64,000 nt of DNA from an uncultured Advenella sp. (GTDB lineage Bacteria > Pseudomonadota > Gammaproteobacteria > Burkholderiales > Burkholderiaceae_B), in NCBI GenBank assembly GCA_964588255.1, contig CAZPNE010000002.1:15757-79756 (forward strand), given 5' to 3'. The notes beneath the pieces were generated by a model. The model was not told the DNA's origin, did no database searches, and saw only the letters and a program-made list of their open reading frames with translations. Position 1 is the stretch's first letter; every line of letters starts with the position of its first letter. Shown in pieces: positions 1 to 10,786 of the stretch. The position numbers and the translations under genes are program-made.

Positions 1-428
1 GTGCCAACACCGCCGGTTAATGAAATGGAGCCGGCCATTAAGCCAATTCTGGCATCCATGCCAAAGTATTTGGCAATACTCATGCCAAGCAGGTTTTGCA
101 ATAACATGAAAATCGAGGCAATAACCACCAGGATAATTAATGCCCGCCCCCCTTGTTTCAGCGTTTGAATATTAGTGTTAAGTCCAATGGCTGCAAAGAA
201 ATACAGGAGCAGCATGTCGCGTACGCCAAGGGTAAAGGAAATCTGCAGATCCAGTAGATAATAAGCCATGCAAACAATAATGGTGCAGACCAGCCCACCA
301 ATGACGGGTTCTGGAATACTGTATTTCTGTAGCCAGGTAATACGATTGCTTAAGCCTTTGCCAATAAACAAAAGCAGAATAGCCAGCGTGAAACTGGCGA
401 TGGCATTAATTTCTAAAGAGTGTTGCAA
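1..428 (-). CDS. gltS: Sodium/glutamate symporter (GltS family), 5' part; runs off the left edge
   Basis: Hand translation from TTG at 428: MQHSLEINAIASFTLAILLLFIGKGL...KYSIPEPVIGGL...GLMAGSISLTGGVG, matching the GltS IPEPVxGG and GSI(S/T)LxGG motifs. Absent from the ORF track because the stop lies outside the window. Confidence 0.85.
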   Translation of the reverse strand, partial: MQHSLEINAIASFTLAILLLFIGKGLSNRITWLQKYSIPEPVIGGLVCTIIVCMAYYLLDLQISFTLGVRDMLLLYFFAAIGLNTNIQTLKQGGRALIILVVIASIFMLLQNLLGMSIAKYFGMDARIGLMAGSISLTGGVG

Positions 429-731
429 CGAATTTGCCTTTAACTGATAAGGATTGCAGGTAATGGTTTTATACCTGGATAAATTTGTTGCGAATTATAA
501 CCCTCAGAAGTTACTTTAGGTTGCGCTGCTGTATTTATTTGGGCCGGTAAACCTCTATTTTTTGCACCGCAACAACTAAAATTTCATCAGGCTGGCAGCC
601 ATACGCCTTGACCGCTTTTTTTATGGCATCACCCCCGCTTTTGGCAAGGATCTGAACCGTTTTTCCATTGCTGAGTTTTAATGTGTATTTATGCATTTGT
701 TTTCAAGGTAAGGTTGGCTGGCTGTGGTGTC

Positions 732-1979
732 TTAGGCAGACTGGGATTGTTTTTTATCAGGAAGCGTTAATGAGATGATAGCCGCAAGGAGTAAAAATAC
801 GCCAGCCGAACCGAAAGAAATCCAGTGGGTACCGAATGTTTCATAGGCCCAGCCGCCCAGCCATGAACTAATCATACCGCCCACCTGGTGTCCTACATAG
901 GCCAGGCCATACAGGACGCCTACCAGTTTAACGCCATAGATATCGGCCAGAATGGCTGAAGAAAGGGCAATGCTGCCGGCCCAGACCACGCCACCCACGG
1001 TGGCTACACCAAAAAGTTGCCAGTTAACGGCTACCATGACAAGCCCGAAAAAACCCAGTCCACGTACAAAATAAATAACTGCCAGCATATAGCGTCGCGG
1101 CAGGATATCGGAAATGCGTCCTAGCACCAAGGTACTGAAAATCGCAATCAGGCCAATCAGGCCGATGCCCAGTGCACTGCTGGCCGAGTCAAAACCGTGG
1201 TCCATCAGCATGGGAACGCCATGGGCACCTAACAGGTTCATGCTATACCCACAGGCAAAAAGTCCAAGTACGACTTTCCAGAATGGTGCGGTGTGCAGGG
1301 CTTGTTTCAGGCTGACAGGGGAAGTTTGTGGGGGTGATTGGGTAGTGGCGGTTTTTTTTGCTGAAGGCGTGTTTAACTGGTCTGCATTTTCTGGCGGGTG
1401 CTCTCGGATGATAAAGAGCGCGGCGTAAATGGTAATAAGGGCAAAAACAGTGGCAAAACCAAGGATGGTTTCTTTCCAGCCAAAGGTTTCATTGGTATAG
1501 GTAAATAAGGGTGTCATGATGGCGATGCCCGCCATGGAACCAGTGGATAAAAAGAACAGGGCCATGCCTCTTTGCCGGACAAACCAGCGGCTAATGACCG
1601 GTGTAAGGGCCACCTGACTGGTAAAAGCCAATCCGATAGACAGGAAAATACCATACGCAAAGAAAAAATTGGTCAGGCTGCTTGCCATGGTTGTCCAGAT
1701 GGAAGAGGCAACCACAATGGCTGTTCCAAGCAATAGAACAAAACGGGTGCCCTTGGTGCCAACCAGATAGCCGGCAACAGGCATGCCAAGCCCGTAAAAA
1801 AGCATGCCGATGGCAATAACCCCTGAGAGTTCACTTCGGGTAAATTGCAAGTCATTGATAATAGGTAAAAAAAACGGGCCTATGCCTAATCGCATGCCCA
1901 CAGTCAGCAAAGTCAGAATGGTAGCGGCGGCCACAATGTTCCAGCCGTAATACCATTGTTTGTTTGATTGTTTGTCCAT
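732..1979 (-). CDS. MFS transporter (OFA/MCT-like)
   Basis: 415 aa with about 12 hydrophobic segments; N-terminal YYGW motif and WFxRxRGxA loop motif. Confidence 0.85.
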   Translation of the reverse strand: MDKQSNKQWYYGWNIVAAATILTLLTVGMRLGIGPFFLPIINDLQFTRSELSGVIAIGMLFYGLGMPVAGYLVGTKGTRFVLLLGTAIVVASSIWTTMASSLTNFFFAYGIFLSIGLAFTSQVALTPVISRWFVRQRGMALFFLSTGSMAGIAIMTPLFTYTNETFGWKETILGFATVFALITIYAALFIIREHPPENADQLNTPSAKKTATTQSPPQTSPVSLKQALHTAPFWKVVLGLFACGYSMNLLGAHGVPMLMDHGFDSASSALGIGLIGLIAIFSTLVLGRISDILPRRYMLAVIYFVRGLGFFGLVMVAVNWQLFGVATVGGVVWAGSIALSSAILADIYGVKLVGVLYGLAYVGHQVGGMISSWLGGWAYETFGTHWISFGSAGVFLLLAAIISLTLPDKKQSQSA

Positions 1980-2455
1980 TGATGTTTTTGTTATAAAAAA
2001 GAAGGTTATTTGAGGGTAACAAGTTTAATGATAATTGGCCAGTTTGGGTGAAAATTTTAAGGTTGTCAAAGTTGGAAAAAAATTGAAGAGTTGTTTTATC
2101 TGTTTTATTTTAATTATTAATTCAATAGTAGTTTGAGAATCAAAACTATGGAAATAGCTGGGGCTGGCCGTTAGGTGCTTTTAATAAGGACGGCAAAGCA
2201 GCCAGCAAATTTGCGGCAACTGCTTTGGTTGATTGTATCCAAGCTGCAATCAATCTGGAGCCGTCCACCTTTTCAGGTGTGGCGATTATATGATAAATTA
2301 TTTAATACTTAAAATATAAATGTGTAAGCGCCTGTGTTTTTTAGCACTAATGGGTAAAAACACCACAGGTAAATGATGATAATGTTGAATTTATCGGATT
2401 GCCTGAATCAATGGCATGATAACGTTGTTTTGGATTTAACGTTAAGGATAAAAAA

Positions 2456-2956
2456 ATGAAAACCTTATTATTGGTTCGACATGCAAAATCAAGCTGGAGT
2501 GATCCCGCCCTGCCGGACCGTATTCGTCCATTGGCGGGCAGGGGAAAGCGCGATGTCGTTAAAATGGGCGAGCGTTTGGCAAACCGAGGGGGCAAACCAG
2601 ATTTGATGGTGAGCAGCCCTGCTGTGCGTACCGCGGAAACGGCAAAAGCCCTTGGCAAGGAATTGGGATACAAACACAGGAATATTGTCGTGAATGACCG
2701 CTTGTATGCCTGCCAGCCTGGCGATATTCTTGAGGTCGTGAAAGATTTTGATGACAGGCTGTCGTATATCATGCTGGTTGGGCATAATCCGGAGCTGACT
2801 GAATTTGTGCATTTGTTTACAGACAGCGTTGATTATATGCCGACCTGCGCCATGCTGGAATTACAGTTTGAGGTTGATACCTGGGCAGATATTTCCCGTG
2901 AAAATTTGCGTCAGGCTGTGTTTGATTTTCCCAAGAATGAGTCCCCGGAAGGGTAA
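2456..2956 (+). CDS. sixA: SixA-family phosphohistidine phosphatase
   Basis: LxRHAKSSW, RPLxxRG, SSPAxRT and LVGHNP histidine-phosphatase motifs; AAGGA SD upstream. Confidence 0.85.
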   Translation: MKTLLLVRHAKSSWSDPALPDRIRPLAGRGKRDVVKMGERLANRGGKPDLMVSSPAVRTAETAKALGKELGYKHRNIVVNDRLYACQPGDILEVVKDFDDRLSYIMLVGHNPELTEFVHLFTDSVDYMPTCAMLELQFEVDTWADISRENLRQAVFDFPKNESPEG

Positions 2957-3184
2957 TTGGCAAATGTGTATGGCCAATTACCCGGGCAGTCCACAGGTAT
3001 TTCTTGCAGAGCAGGAGGGGGCGGTTGTTTCGGAATGATCACCATATATAAATATAATCACTTGAATTTACAGGGATTATTAGTTGGAAACTGATCAATG
3101 TTGTGTGCGGTTTTGTAATATACTGTCCTGAGATTGTTTGTTCGGGTTTAACCAGCAGTCAATACCATAACAGAAGGAACCATC

Positions 3185-3799
3185 ATGGCAAAGATTCTAG
3201 TTCTTTATTATTCTTCCTACGGGCATATAGAAACCATGGCGCAAGCGGTGGCCGAAGGTGCGCGGGCGGTGGCAGGCACCGAGGTAGTGGTTAAACGGGT
3301 ACCGGAACTGGTTCCCGAAGATGTTGCCCGCAATGCGCATTTCAAACTGGACCAGCAGGCGCCTATCGCCACTACGGCAGAACTGGTTGAATACGATGCT
3401 GTTATTTTTGGCACACCTACCCGTTTTGGCAATATGGCGGCCCAAATGAAAAACTTCCTGGATCAAACCGGTGGTTTATGGGCTTCGGGGGCGCTAATTG
3501 GCAAAGTAGGCAGTGTGTTTACCTCTACCGCCACCCAGCATGGCGGACAGGAAAGCACCATTTTAGCCACCCATACTGTTTTGTTACACCAAGGGTTTAT
3601 TCTGGTTGGCTTGCCCTATTCATTTCAGGGCCAAATGATTATGAATGAAATTACCGGCGGTAGCCCCTATGGTGCCTCGACCATTGCTGGAGGTGACGGT
3701 TCCCGAAAACCCAGTAAAAATGAGCTGGATGGTGCGCATTATCAAGGTAAACATGTAGCCGAAATCACGACAGCGCTAGTCAAGGGCAGGGGCGTATAA
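3185..3799 (+). CDS. wrbA: NAD(P)H:quinone oxidoreductase WrbA
   Basis: [23 protein letters not shown] and GGSPYGA motifs. Confidence 0.95.
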   Translation: MAKILVLYYSSYGHIETMAQAVAEGARAVAGTEVVVKRVPELVPEDVARNAHFKLDQQAPIATTAELVEYDAVIFGTPTRFGNMAAQMKNFLDQTGGLWASGALIGKVGSVFTSTATQHGGQESTILATHTVLLHQGFILVGLPYSFQGQMIMNEITGGSPYGASTIAGGDGSRKPSKNELDGAHYQGKHVAEITTALVKGRGV

Positions 3800-3812
3800 A
3801 AACCGGAATAAT

Positions 3813-3905
3813 TTATCCACATGGTTGAACATGTCCACAAATTTTGTTGAGATCATTGTGGATAACTATTTCATAAGATTGTAATAAAAATTTAAGTTAT
3901 TGATA
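3813..3905. promoter_or_regulatory. DnaA-box cluster with IHF site
   Basis: Perfect TTATCCACA at 3813-3821, degenerate ATGTCCACA at 3831-3839, perfect inverted TGTGGATAA at 3857-3865; minus-strand TATCAATAACTTA at 3893-3905 fits the IHF consensus WATCAANNNNTTR. Confidence 0.7.
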
Positions 3906-4180
3906 AATATATAGTTATATTTGTTTTTGGGTGATTTGATCGTTTAATACGCGTTTTCTGTATTTATAAGCAGATTACCAGTTTATTACGGGTTAGAGGG
4001 TGTCTGGGCCAAACGGTCGTGTTTTCATGGTTTACATTATTTTTCATGCGATCTATATAATTAATAGTAATATAGAGTCAATGAATTTGTTGTTCTTTTT
4101 TTAAAAAAATCAGCCTATACTTTTCTGGAATTTAATCTATCACTCTGAAGTATTTCAGCAATTTTTTTGTAGGTATCTTT

Positions 4181-5164
4181 ATGGCTAAATGGTTTTCTGA
4201 TAATGCACAGGCAATAGGCCGCACCCCTTTGGTTAAATTGAATCGCGTTACCGATGGCGCCGGTGCCACGGTTCTGGCAAAAATTGAAGGGCGTAACCCC
4301 GCTTATTCGGTCAAGTGCCGTATTGGTGCCGCGATGGTTGCTGATGCAGAACAAAAAGGTATTTTGACCGCCGGAAAAGAAATTGTTGAACCTACCAGTG
4401 GCAATACCGGTATTGCGCTGGCGTTTGTGGCCGCTTCAAAAGGTATCCCCATTACCTTGACCATGCCCGACACGATGAGTATTGAGCGTCGTAAACTGTT
4501 GGCCGCGTTTGGTGCCAAACTGGTGCTAACCGAAGGCGCTAAAGGCATGAATGGTGCCATTGCCAAGGCTGAAGAAATTTTCGCCTCAGACCCATCCAAA
4601 TATGTTTTGCTGCAACAATTTAAAAATCCGGCCAACCCTGCAATTCACGAGTCCACCACAGGCCCCGAAATCTGGAACGATACCGATGGCGCTATCGATA
4701 TTCTGGTTTCCGGTGTTGGAACGGGCGGTACCATTACCGGCATTAGCCGTTATATTAAAAATACTAAAGGCAAACAAATCCAGTCTGTTGCCGTAGAGCC
4801 GACGGACAGTCCGGTGATTACACAAGCCCGCAACGGTAAAGAAATCAAGCCCGGTCCACATAAAATCCAGGGTATTGGTGCCGGTTTCATCCCGGAAGTA
4901 CTTGATCTTTCCCTGATTGATGTCGTAGAGCAGGTCAGCAATGAAGATGCCATGGAATATGCGCTGCGCCTTGCCCGTGAAGAAGGTATTATTTCTGGTA
5001 TTTCAAGTGGCGCAGCAGTTGCAGCTGCCGTGCGTTTGGCCAAACTACCCGAGAACGCGGGTAAAGTTATTGTCGCCATCTTGCCTGATTCAGGTGAACG
5101 CTATTTAAGCTCCATCTTGTTCGAAGGCCTGTTCGATGAAAAAGGCCTGGTGGTTTCCATTTGA
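4181..5164 (+). CDS. cysK: Cysteine synthase A (O-acetylserine sulfhydrylase)
   Basis: NPAYSVKCR (PLP lysine), [15 protein letters not shown] and [10 protein letters not shown] motifs. Confidence 0.97.
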   Translation: MAKWFSDNAQAIGRTPLVKLNRVTDGAGATVLAKIEGRNPAYSVKCRIGAAMVADAEQKGILTAGKEIVEPTSGNTGIALAFVAASKGIPITLTMPDTMSIERRKLLAAFGAKLVLTEGAKGMNGAIAKAEEIFASDPSKYVLLQQFKNPANPAIHESTTGPEIWNDTDGAIDILVSGVGTGGTITGISRYIKNTKGKQIQSVAVEPTDSPVITQARNGKEIKPGPHKIQGIGAGFIPEVLDLSLIDVVEQVSNEDAMEYALRLAREEGIISGISSGAAVAAAVRLAKLPENAGKVIVAILPDSGERYLSSILFEGLFDEKGLVVSI

Positions 5165-5310
5165 TAAGCATTTAACAAAATTTCGGGTTTTAACAAGCTT
5201 TCAATTATTAGCCAGGTGCATGAAACCCGTAAAAAATAAATGAGCATAGTGTGGTCTTCTCGCCAAAACAGGCTTTTATTCTTCTTTGAACATGCTAGAA
5301 TCCGTTTACT

Positions 5311-5410
5311 TCATTGGGGAGTAGCCTCTCTGTTTCCAGAGGTTTGCGTCAACATACTTGGCATTCGCCATGGCGCAAACGGTTTACATAAAACTTGGCA
5401 AGACCTTTGA
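5311..5410 (+). ncRNA. yybP-ykoY manganese riboswitch
   Basis: GGGGAGTAGCC...CGTCAACATACTTG...CATGGCG...GGCAAGACCTTTGA matches the family hallmarks. Lies directly upstream of a UPF0016 exporter; extended -10-like TGCTAGAAT at 5293-5301; hairpin 5428-5470 abuts the SD. Confidence 0.9.
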
Positions 5411-5480
5411 TTATCGCGCTTCCCATATTGGCCGGAGAAGTGCGGTAGTCATTCGTCTCTTTCCGGCCAAGGTGTAATTT

Positions 5481-6086
5481 ATGGAAGCGCTTCTTGTTTC
5501 TACCGGCGTTGTTGCCCTGGCCGAAATGGGTGACAAAACCCAGCTGCTGGCGTTTATTCTTGCCGCCCGCTTTAAAAAACCCCTGCCCATTATTCTAGGT
5601 ATTCTTGTCGCTACCTTAGTCAATCACGGTTTGGCCGGTGCACTGGGTGGCTGGATCACATCTGCCGTCAGCCCCGAGATCTTGCGTTGGGTGCTGGGAC
5701 TTTCATTTATCGCGATGGCCATCTGGACCCTGATTCCCGATAAAATCGAAGAAGAAGAAACCACGATTGCCGGAAAACTTGGGGTTTTTGGGGCAACACT
5801 GATTACTTTTTTCCTGGCGGAAATGGGAGATAAAACCCAGATTGCCACGGTAGCCATGGCTGCCCACTATTCAGCGCCAGCAATTGGGGCTCACTTTACA
5901 ACGCTATTAATGGTAATCATGGGTACTACATTAGGTATGCTGATTGCCAATGTTCCGGCAGTGTTCATTGGGGATAAGCTGGCCGACCGGATTCCCATGA
6001 AACTGGTTCATACGATTGCCGCGTTTATTTTTGCGGCACTGGGTGTGGCAACTTTGCTGGGGGCTGGTTCGGATCTGGGCTTTTAG
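5481..6086 (+). CDS. TMEM165/GDT1 (UPF0016, MneA-like) Mn2+/Ca2+ exporter
   Basis: Two EMGDKTQ repeats (family motif E-x-G-D-K-T); preceded by the yybP-ykoY riboswitch. Confidence 0.92.
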   Translation: MEALLVSTGVVALAEMGDKTQLLAFILAARFKKPLPIILGILVATLVNHGLAGALGGWITSAVSPEILRWVLGLSFIAMAIWTLIPDKIEEEETTIAGKLGVFGATLITFFLAEMGDKTQIATVAMAAHYSAPAIGAHFTTLLMVIMGTTLGMLIANVPAVFIGDKLADRIPMKLVHTIAAFIFAALGVATLLGAGSDLGF

Positions 6087-6166
6087 AAATAAAATGAATT
6101 ATAGTTAGACCTGTGCGAATACTGTTTGGTGAGTGAAAGGTAAAATGCGTTACTTTTATTTTCAAT

Positions 6167-7312
6167 GTGGATCATATGCAAGCTGAATTTCTGGTTACCG
6201 AGCAGCGGGCAGATGGCAATTATCTTTGTGTCCAGGGTGACTGGACACTGGATAATTTTGCTGCATTGGAAAAGCTCTCAAGTCGATATAAAAAGCAGCA
6301 GTTACCCGAGAAAAACAGTCTGGATACAAGTCGTCTTGGTATGCTTGATACCGTTGGCGCATCAACGCTGATTCAATTATTGGGACAGGAAAATACTCGT
6401 CAGCTATTGCAGGCAGGCAGTATGTTGCCGGCAGAAAAGAAAGCGCTTATCCAGACGGTTGCACAGGCACTTGAATTAACAAGCACTTCTGCACAAAAGA
6501 AAAAAACGGGAGTAATGAGCCGTTTTTTTGGGCAAATAGGGTGCTCAATTATCGCTGTCTGGCAACAGCTCATTTCGCTTCTGGGTTTTGCGGGGCTAAC
6601 ACTTGAAGCCCTGTTTCGTCTTCTTTGGCATCCCCGTCAATGGCGTTTTACCTCGGTGGTTGCTCAGGTCCATACCAGTGGGCTTAATGCAGTACCCATT
6701 GTCATGTTGCTGACCTTTATGGTGGGCGCCGTGATTGCTTTTCTGGGTGCTACCGTATTGGCCGAGTTTGGCGCTTCCATTTACACGGTGCATTTGGTGG
6801 CCTTTTCCAATTTGCGTGAATTCGCCATTTTGCTCACATCCATTCTAATGGCCGGCAGAACTGCCAGTGCATTTACGGCACAGCTTGGTTCCATGAAAGT
6901 GAATGAGGAAATAGATGCACTCAGGGCCTCAGGCCTGAATCCTGTCAATCTATTGGTTATCCCACGGGTGCTGGCGTTACTTGTTTCCTTGCCTATACTT
7001 ACTTTCCTGGGCATGGTTTCGGGGATCTTGGGCGGCATGGCGGTATGTACTTTAAGCCTGGGTATTTCTCCGGTCATGTTCATGGATATCATTAGCGAAA
7101 ATGTGGCGGTTCGTCATTTCTGGATTGGTATTGCCAAGGCACCGGTTTTTGCCTTTGTGATTGCTGTGGTCGGGTGCCATGAAGGTTTCAAGGTGGATGG
7201 TAGTGCCCAATCGGTGGGTGAACACACCACCTCCAGTGTGGTGCAAGGTATTTTTCTGGTGATTCTGCTTGATGCCCTGGCTGCATTGTTTTTTATGGAG
7301 ATGGGATGGTAG
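6167..7312 (+). CDS. MlaE-family ABC permease with N-terminal STAS-like domain
   Basis: AGRTASAFTAQLGSMKVNEEIDAL MlaE signature. Confidence 0.9.
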   Translation: MDHMQAEFLVTEQRADGNYLCVQGDWTLDNFAALEKLSSRYKKQQLPEKNSLDTSRLGMLDTVGASTLIQLLGQENTRQLLQAGSMLPAEKKALIQTVAQALELTSTSAQKKKTGVMSRFFGQIGCSIIAVWQQLISLLGFAGLTLEALFRLLWHPRQWRFTSVVAQVHTSGLNAVPIVMLLTFMVGAVIAFLGATVLAEFGASIYTVHLVAFSNLREFAILLTSILMAGRTASAFTAQLGSMKVNEEIDALRASGLNPVNLLVIPRVLALLVSLPILTFLGMVSGILGGMAVCTLSLGISPVMFMDIISENVAVRHFWIGIAKAPVFAFVIAVVGCHEGFKVDGSAQSVGEHTTSSVVQGIFLVILLDALAALFFMEMGW

Positions 7313-8109
7313 GTAAATTGCCTGAAAATCCTAAACCTGTCATTGAAGTCAGGGATCTGGTGAACAGTTTTGGCACTCATGTCGTACACAAAGATCTTGA
7401 TCTGGATGTCTATCAGGGTGAAATAATGGGAGTCGTCGGTGGTTCGGGTACCGGTAAATCGGTGCTGTTGCGATCTATTGTAGGCCTGCTTAGACCCGCT
7501 TCAGGTTCTGTTAAGGTCTTTGGGCAAAACCTGCTTCAGTTGTCAGACCAAGACCGCTCACAGCTGGAGAAAAAATTTGGTGTGTTATTTCAGCGTGGTG
7601 CCTTGTATTCATCCCTTACGGTACTTGAAAACGTGGCTTTTCCGTTGATAGAGCAGACTGGCCTGAAACGGGCTGATGCCGAGGAAATTGCCCGCCTGAA
7701 AATTGCCTTGGCCGGTTTGCCCGCTAAAGCTGCCGATGATTACCCGGCCAGTTTGTCAGGGGGCATGATCAAGCGAGCTGCCCTGGCTCGTGCCTTGGCA
7801 CTGGATCCTGCCATTCTGTTTTTGGATGAGCCAACGGCGGGGCTTGATCCCATTGGCGCTGCCAGTTTTGACCAGCTTATCATGACTTTGTGCAATGCCC
7901 TGGGACTGACTATTTTTCTGGTTACCCATGATCTGGATACGCTGTATACCGCTTGTGACCGGGTTGCTGTCTTGTCGGAAAAGAAAGTGCTGGCCGTTGA
8001 TGTACTGGAAAAAATAGAGCAAGTTGACAATCCCTGGATTCAGGAATATTTTCATGGCCCCCGAGGAAGGGCGGCCTATCATGCCGGACATTCGTTGTCC
8101 CAGGAGTAG
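7306..8109 (+). CDS. MlaF-family ABC ATP-binding protein
   Basis: Walker A GGSGTGKS, LSGGM signature, FLDEPTAGLDP. Confidence 0.9.
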   Translation: MVGKLPENPKPVIEVRDLVNSFGTHVVHKDLDLDVYQGEIMGVVGGSGTGKSVLLRSIVGLLRPASGSVKVFGQNLLQLSDQDRSQLEKKFGVLFQRGALYSSLTVLENVAFPLIEQTGLKRADAEEIARLKIALAGLPAKAADDYPASLSGGMIKRAALARALALDPAILFLDEPTAGLDPIGAASFDQLIMTLCNALGLTIFLVTHDLDTLYTACDRVAVLSEKKVLAVDVLEKIEQVDNPWIQEYFHGPRGRAAYHAGHSLSQE

Positions 8110-8114
8110 AAAGA

Positions 8115-9053
8115 ATGGAACCCAAGGCGCATCACGTGCTGATTGGCATTTTTACCGTGGTATGCACGGCGGCAGCCTTGTTATTTGCCCTGTGGCTGGG
8201 TAAAACCAGTGCGGACAATAATGCACGTTATTACATTATTGAATTTAATCAGGGCGTAAGTGGCTTGTCCAAAGGTAGTGCCGTGCAATACAGTGGCATC
8301 AGGGTGGGCGATGTCGTATCCCTGTCATTGGCGCCTGATGACCCGCGCAAGGTGCTTGCCCGGGTAAGAGTTCAGGGGGATGTGCCTATCAGACAGGATG
8401 TCACTGCCAAGTTAAGTATAACCGGCATTACCGGTCTTTCCGTGATTGAGTTTAGTGGTGGCTCGCCAGGCAGTCCGGCGTTGGTGGGGGTTGATGATGA
8501 AGAGCCGGTTATTGTGGCTACGCCCTCGGCGCTGATGGCGTTGTTGAGTAATGGTGAGTCATTAATGTACAACCTGACAGAACTGATTATGAATGCCAGA
8601 AATGTCTTGTCTGATGAAAATGCCAAAAAAATTGGTAATACCCTTGATAACATTGAAAAAATAAGTAATTTCCTGACTGCCCAGGAAACCAGTGTGGATG
8701 GCTTGCTAACCGAGGTGACGGCAATGGTCAAACAGGTTAATGGCGCCATGAAATTTATTTCCGATTTGGCCAGTAATGGCAATGATTTGCTTAGCCGTCA
8801 GGGTACCAAGGTTTTGCAAAGTGCGACTGAAGCCATGAAATCAGTGGAAAATGCAGGTGCCAATCTTCAGCAACTGGTTAAAAACAATCAGGGCGCTATC
8901 GGGCAGGGCATGCAGGGTCTCAAGGGTATTGGTCCGGCTCTGCTTGAGTTCAGGAGTGCATTCAGTGATTTACAGGGTATTATCCGTCAATTAAAAGAAA
9001 ATCCTTCCGAGTATCTGTTGCGCGGCAATCAAATTAAGGAGTTCAGGCCATGA
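8115..9053 (+). CDS. MlaD/MCE-domain protein
   Basis: N-terminal TM helix, VSGLSKGSAVQYSGIRVG MCE motif, helical C-terminus. Confidence 0.9.
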   Translation: MEPKAHHVLIGIFTVVCTAAALLFALWLGKTSADNNARYYIIEFNQGVSGLSKGSAVQYSGIRVGDVVSLSLAPDDPRKVLARVRVQGDVPIRQDVTAKLSITGITGLSVIEFSGGSPGSPALVGVDDEEPVIVATPSALMALLSNGESLMYNLTELIMNARNVLSDENAKKIGNTLDNIEKISNFLTAQETSVDGLLTEVTAMVKQVNGAMKFISDLASNGNDLLSRQGTKVLQSATEAMKSVENAGANLQQLVKNNQGAIGQGMQGLKGIGPALLEFRSAFSDLQGIIRQLKENPSEYLLRGNQIKEFRP

Positions 9054-9661
9054 TACGGCAATCCAGGCGCATCATCATGTCATCGCTGGTTTTATTACTT
9101 GGCGCTTGCTCAATTCTTCCCAAATCAGATCCGCTCACGGTTTATCAATTGCCGGCCTCCAGTGGCATAACGGCAACGGCCTCTCAGGGTTTGTCTGCCA
9201 AGTCTTTAATTGTTTTTACCCCTTATTCCAGTGATTTTCTGGATACTGAGCGCATCGCTGTGATACCAGCCGGGAATCGCCTCAGTGTTTATGAGGGTAG
9301 TCGCTGGGGAGATCCTGTACCGGTTGTTTTTCGCAATCGGCTTATCCAGGATTTCAGGAGAACTAACGGCCTGAAAGCGGTTGGCAACCCGCGCGAGAAT
9401 CTGCTTGCCAATTATCAGTTGCGTGGTGACCTGACCGCTTTTCAGGTTGAATTCCGTCGTGGGCAGCCCACTGCAGTCATTACCTTTGATGCCAGTCTTA
9501 CCGATGGCCAAAGCGGCAGGGTAATTGCCAGTCAGCATTTCAGTGTTGCCGAACCGGTTGACGGGCGCCAGGTACCCGAAGTTGTTCAGGCTTTCGGGGA
9601 GGCCTCCACCCAAATTAATAATGACATTATTCAATGGGTGTATCGGGTGGCCGGAAAATGA
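9050..9661 (+). CDS. PqiC-like ABC transport auxiliary lipoprotein
   Basis: LGAC lipobox; last gene of an MCE operon. Confidence 0.85.
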   Translation: MIRQSRRIIMSSLVLLLGACSILPKSDPLTVYQLPASSGITATASQGLSAKSLIVFTPYSSDFLDTERIAVIPAGNRLSVYEGSRWGDPVPVVFRNRLIQDFRRTNGLKAVGNPRENLLANYQLRGDLTAFQVEFRRGQPTAVITFDASLTDGQSGRVIASQHFSVAEPVDGRQVPEVVQAFGEASTQINNDIIQWVYRVAGK

Positions 9662-10107
9662 AAGTAGTTGTGCAGCGGGTACAAGAGGCTAGTGTCACGG
9701 TAGATGGTGGGGTGAAAGCAAGTATTGGCCGGGGAATGTTATTGCTGGTGGGCATAACCCCTGATGATACACAAAAGGATATTGATTATCTGGTGCGTAA
9801 AATAACCCAGCTGCGAATTTTTGATGATGAGCAGGGTGTCATGAATTTGTCCATCCTTGACAAAGGCCTGGATATTCTGGCGGTTAGCCAGTTTACGCTA
9901 CTGGCAGATACCCGGAAGGGAAATCGTCCTTCTTATATCAAGGCGGCCCGTCCGGAAATGGCATCACCTTTTTTTGAGCATTTTGTACTGGCCCTTGAAA
10001 AAACCATGGGCAAAACGGTGCCAACCGGGATATTTGGGGCGGATATGCGCGTTGCCCTTACCAACGATGGGCCTGTCACCATTTTGTTGGATAGTGTTTA
10101 TGAGTAA
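9658..10107 (+). CDS. dtd: D-aminoacyl-tRNA deacylase
   Basis: MKVVVQRV start (ATG 9658 overlaps the upstream stop); SQFTL and NDGPVT motifs. Confidence 0.95.
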   Translation: MKVVVQRVQEASVTVDGGVKASIGRGMLLLVGITPDDTQKDIDYLVRKITQLRIFDDEQGVMNLSILDKGLDILAVSQFTLLADTRKGNRPSYIKAARPEMASPFFEHFVLALEKTMGKTVPTGIFGADMRVALTNDGPVTILLDSVYE

Positions 10108-10786
10108 TGAAGCAGTCTTGTTAAAGGCTGACAATCTGAGCCGGATTGATCCTGTCAATAAGTCCGTGCTGGTGAAATCTGCCTCTTGTATTATTCATCG
10201 GGGTGATCGGGTTGTCCTGTCCGGGAGTTCGGGTTCTGGCAAGAGTGTTTTTTGCCGTTTGCTGGCCCTGCTTGACCAGCCAGACCAGGGCAGTATTGTT
10301 TTTAACGGGCAGTCCGTTAAACAAGAGGATATTCCCTATTACCGCTCAAAGGTGGCTTATATTCGGCAACGGCCTGTACTGCTCAGGGGAACTGTGCAAG
10401 AAAACCTGATGTTTCCGTTTGCTTTGCATATAAACCGGGCACATCGTTTTAACCCGGAAAAAATCGCCCGGTTTTTATCCTTGATCGATAAGCCGGATTC
10501 GTTTTTGAAAAAAAATGCAGCCGATTTGTCGGGTGGGGAACGGCAGCTGGTTTGTTTGTTACGGGTTTTGCAACTGGATCCTGATATCTTGTTACTAGAT
10601 GAGCCGACGTCTGCCCTGGACAAGGATATGGCCATGCAGGTGGAACTGTTAATCAATAAATGGATGCATTTGCATGATGAAACCAGGGCCTATGTGTGGA
10701 TCAGCCATGATGAACAGCAAAAAAAGCGGGTTGGACAGCAGGTCTGGTACATGAGTGCTGGCGTATTAACAACGGGAGCCGTGTAA
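10100..10786 (+). CDS. ABC ATP-binding protein, FetA/YbbL-like
   Basis: [23 protein letters not shown]; likely start MSNEAV at 10100; coupled to a FetB-like permease. Confidence 0.82.
   Translation: MSNEAVLLKADNLSRIDPVNKSVLVKSASCIIHRGDRVVLSGSSGSGKSVFCRLLALLDQPDQGSIVFNGQSVKQEDIPYYRSKVAYIRQRPVLLRGTVQENLMFPFALHINRAHRFNPEKIARFLSLIDKPDSFLKKNAADLSGGERQLVCLLRVLQLDPDILLLDEPTSALDKDMAMQVELLINKWMHLHDETRAYVWISHDEQQKKRVGQQVWYMSAGVLTTGAV

Noticed and set aside
9857-10099. Long N-terminal extensions in the ORF track (FetA-like from 9857, ldcA from 37139, purL from 23971, purC-like from 32399, cfa from 51642)
   Set aside because: They overlap upstream genes or promoter DNA and lack homology-like content; downstream starts with stop/start coupling or an SD are better supported.
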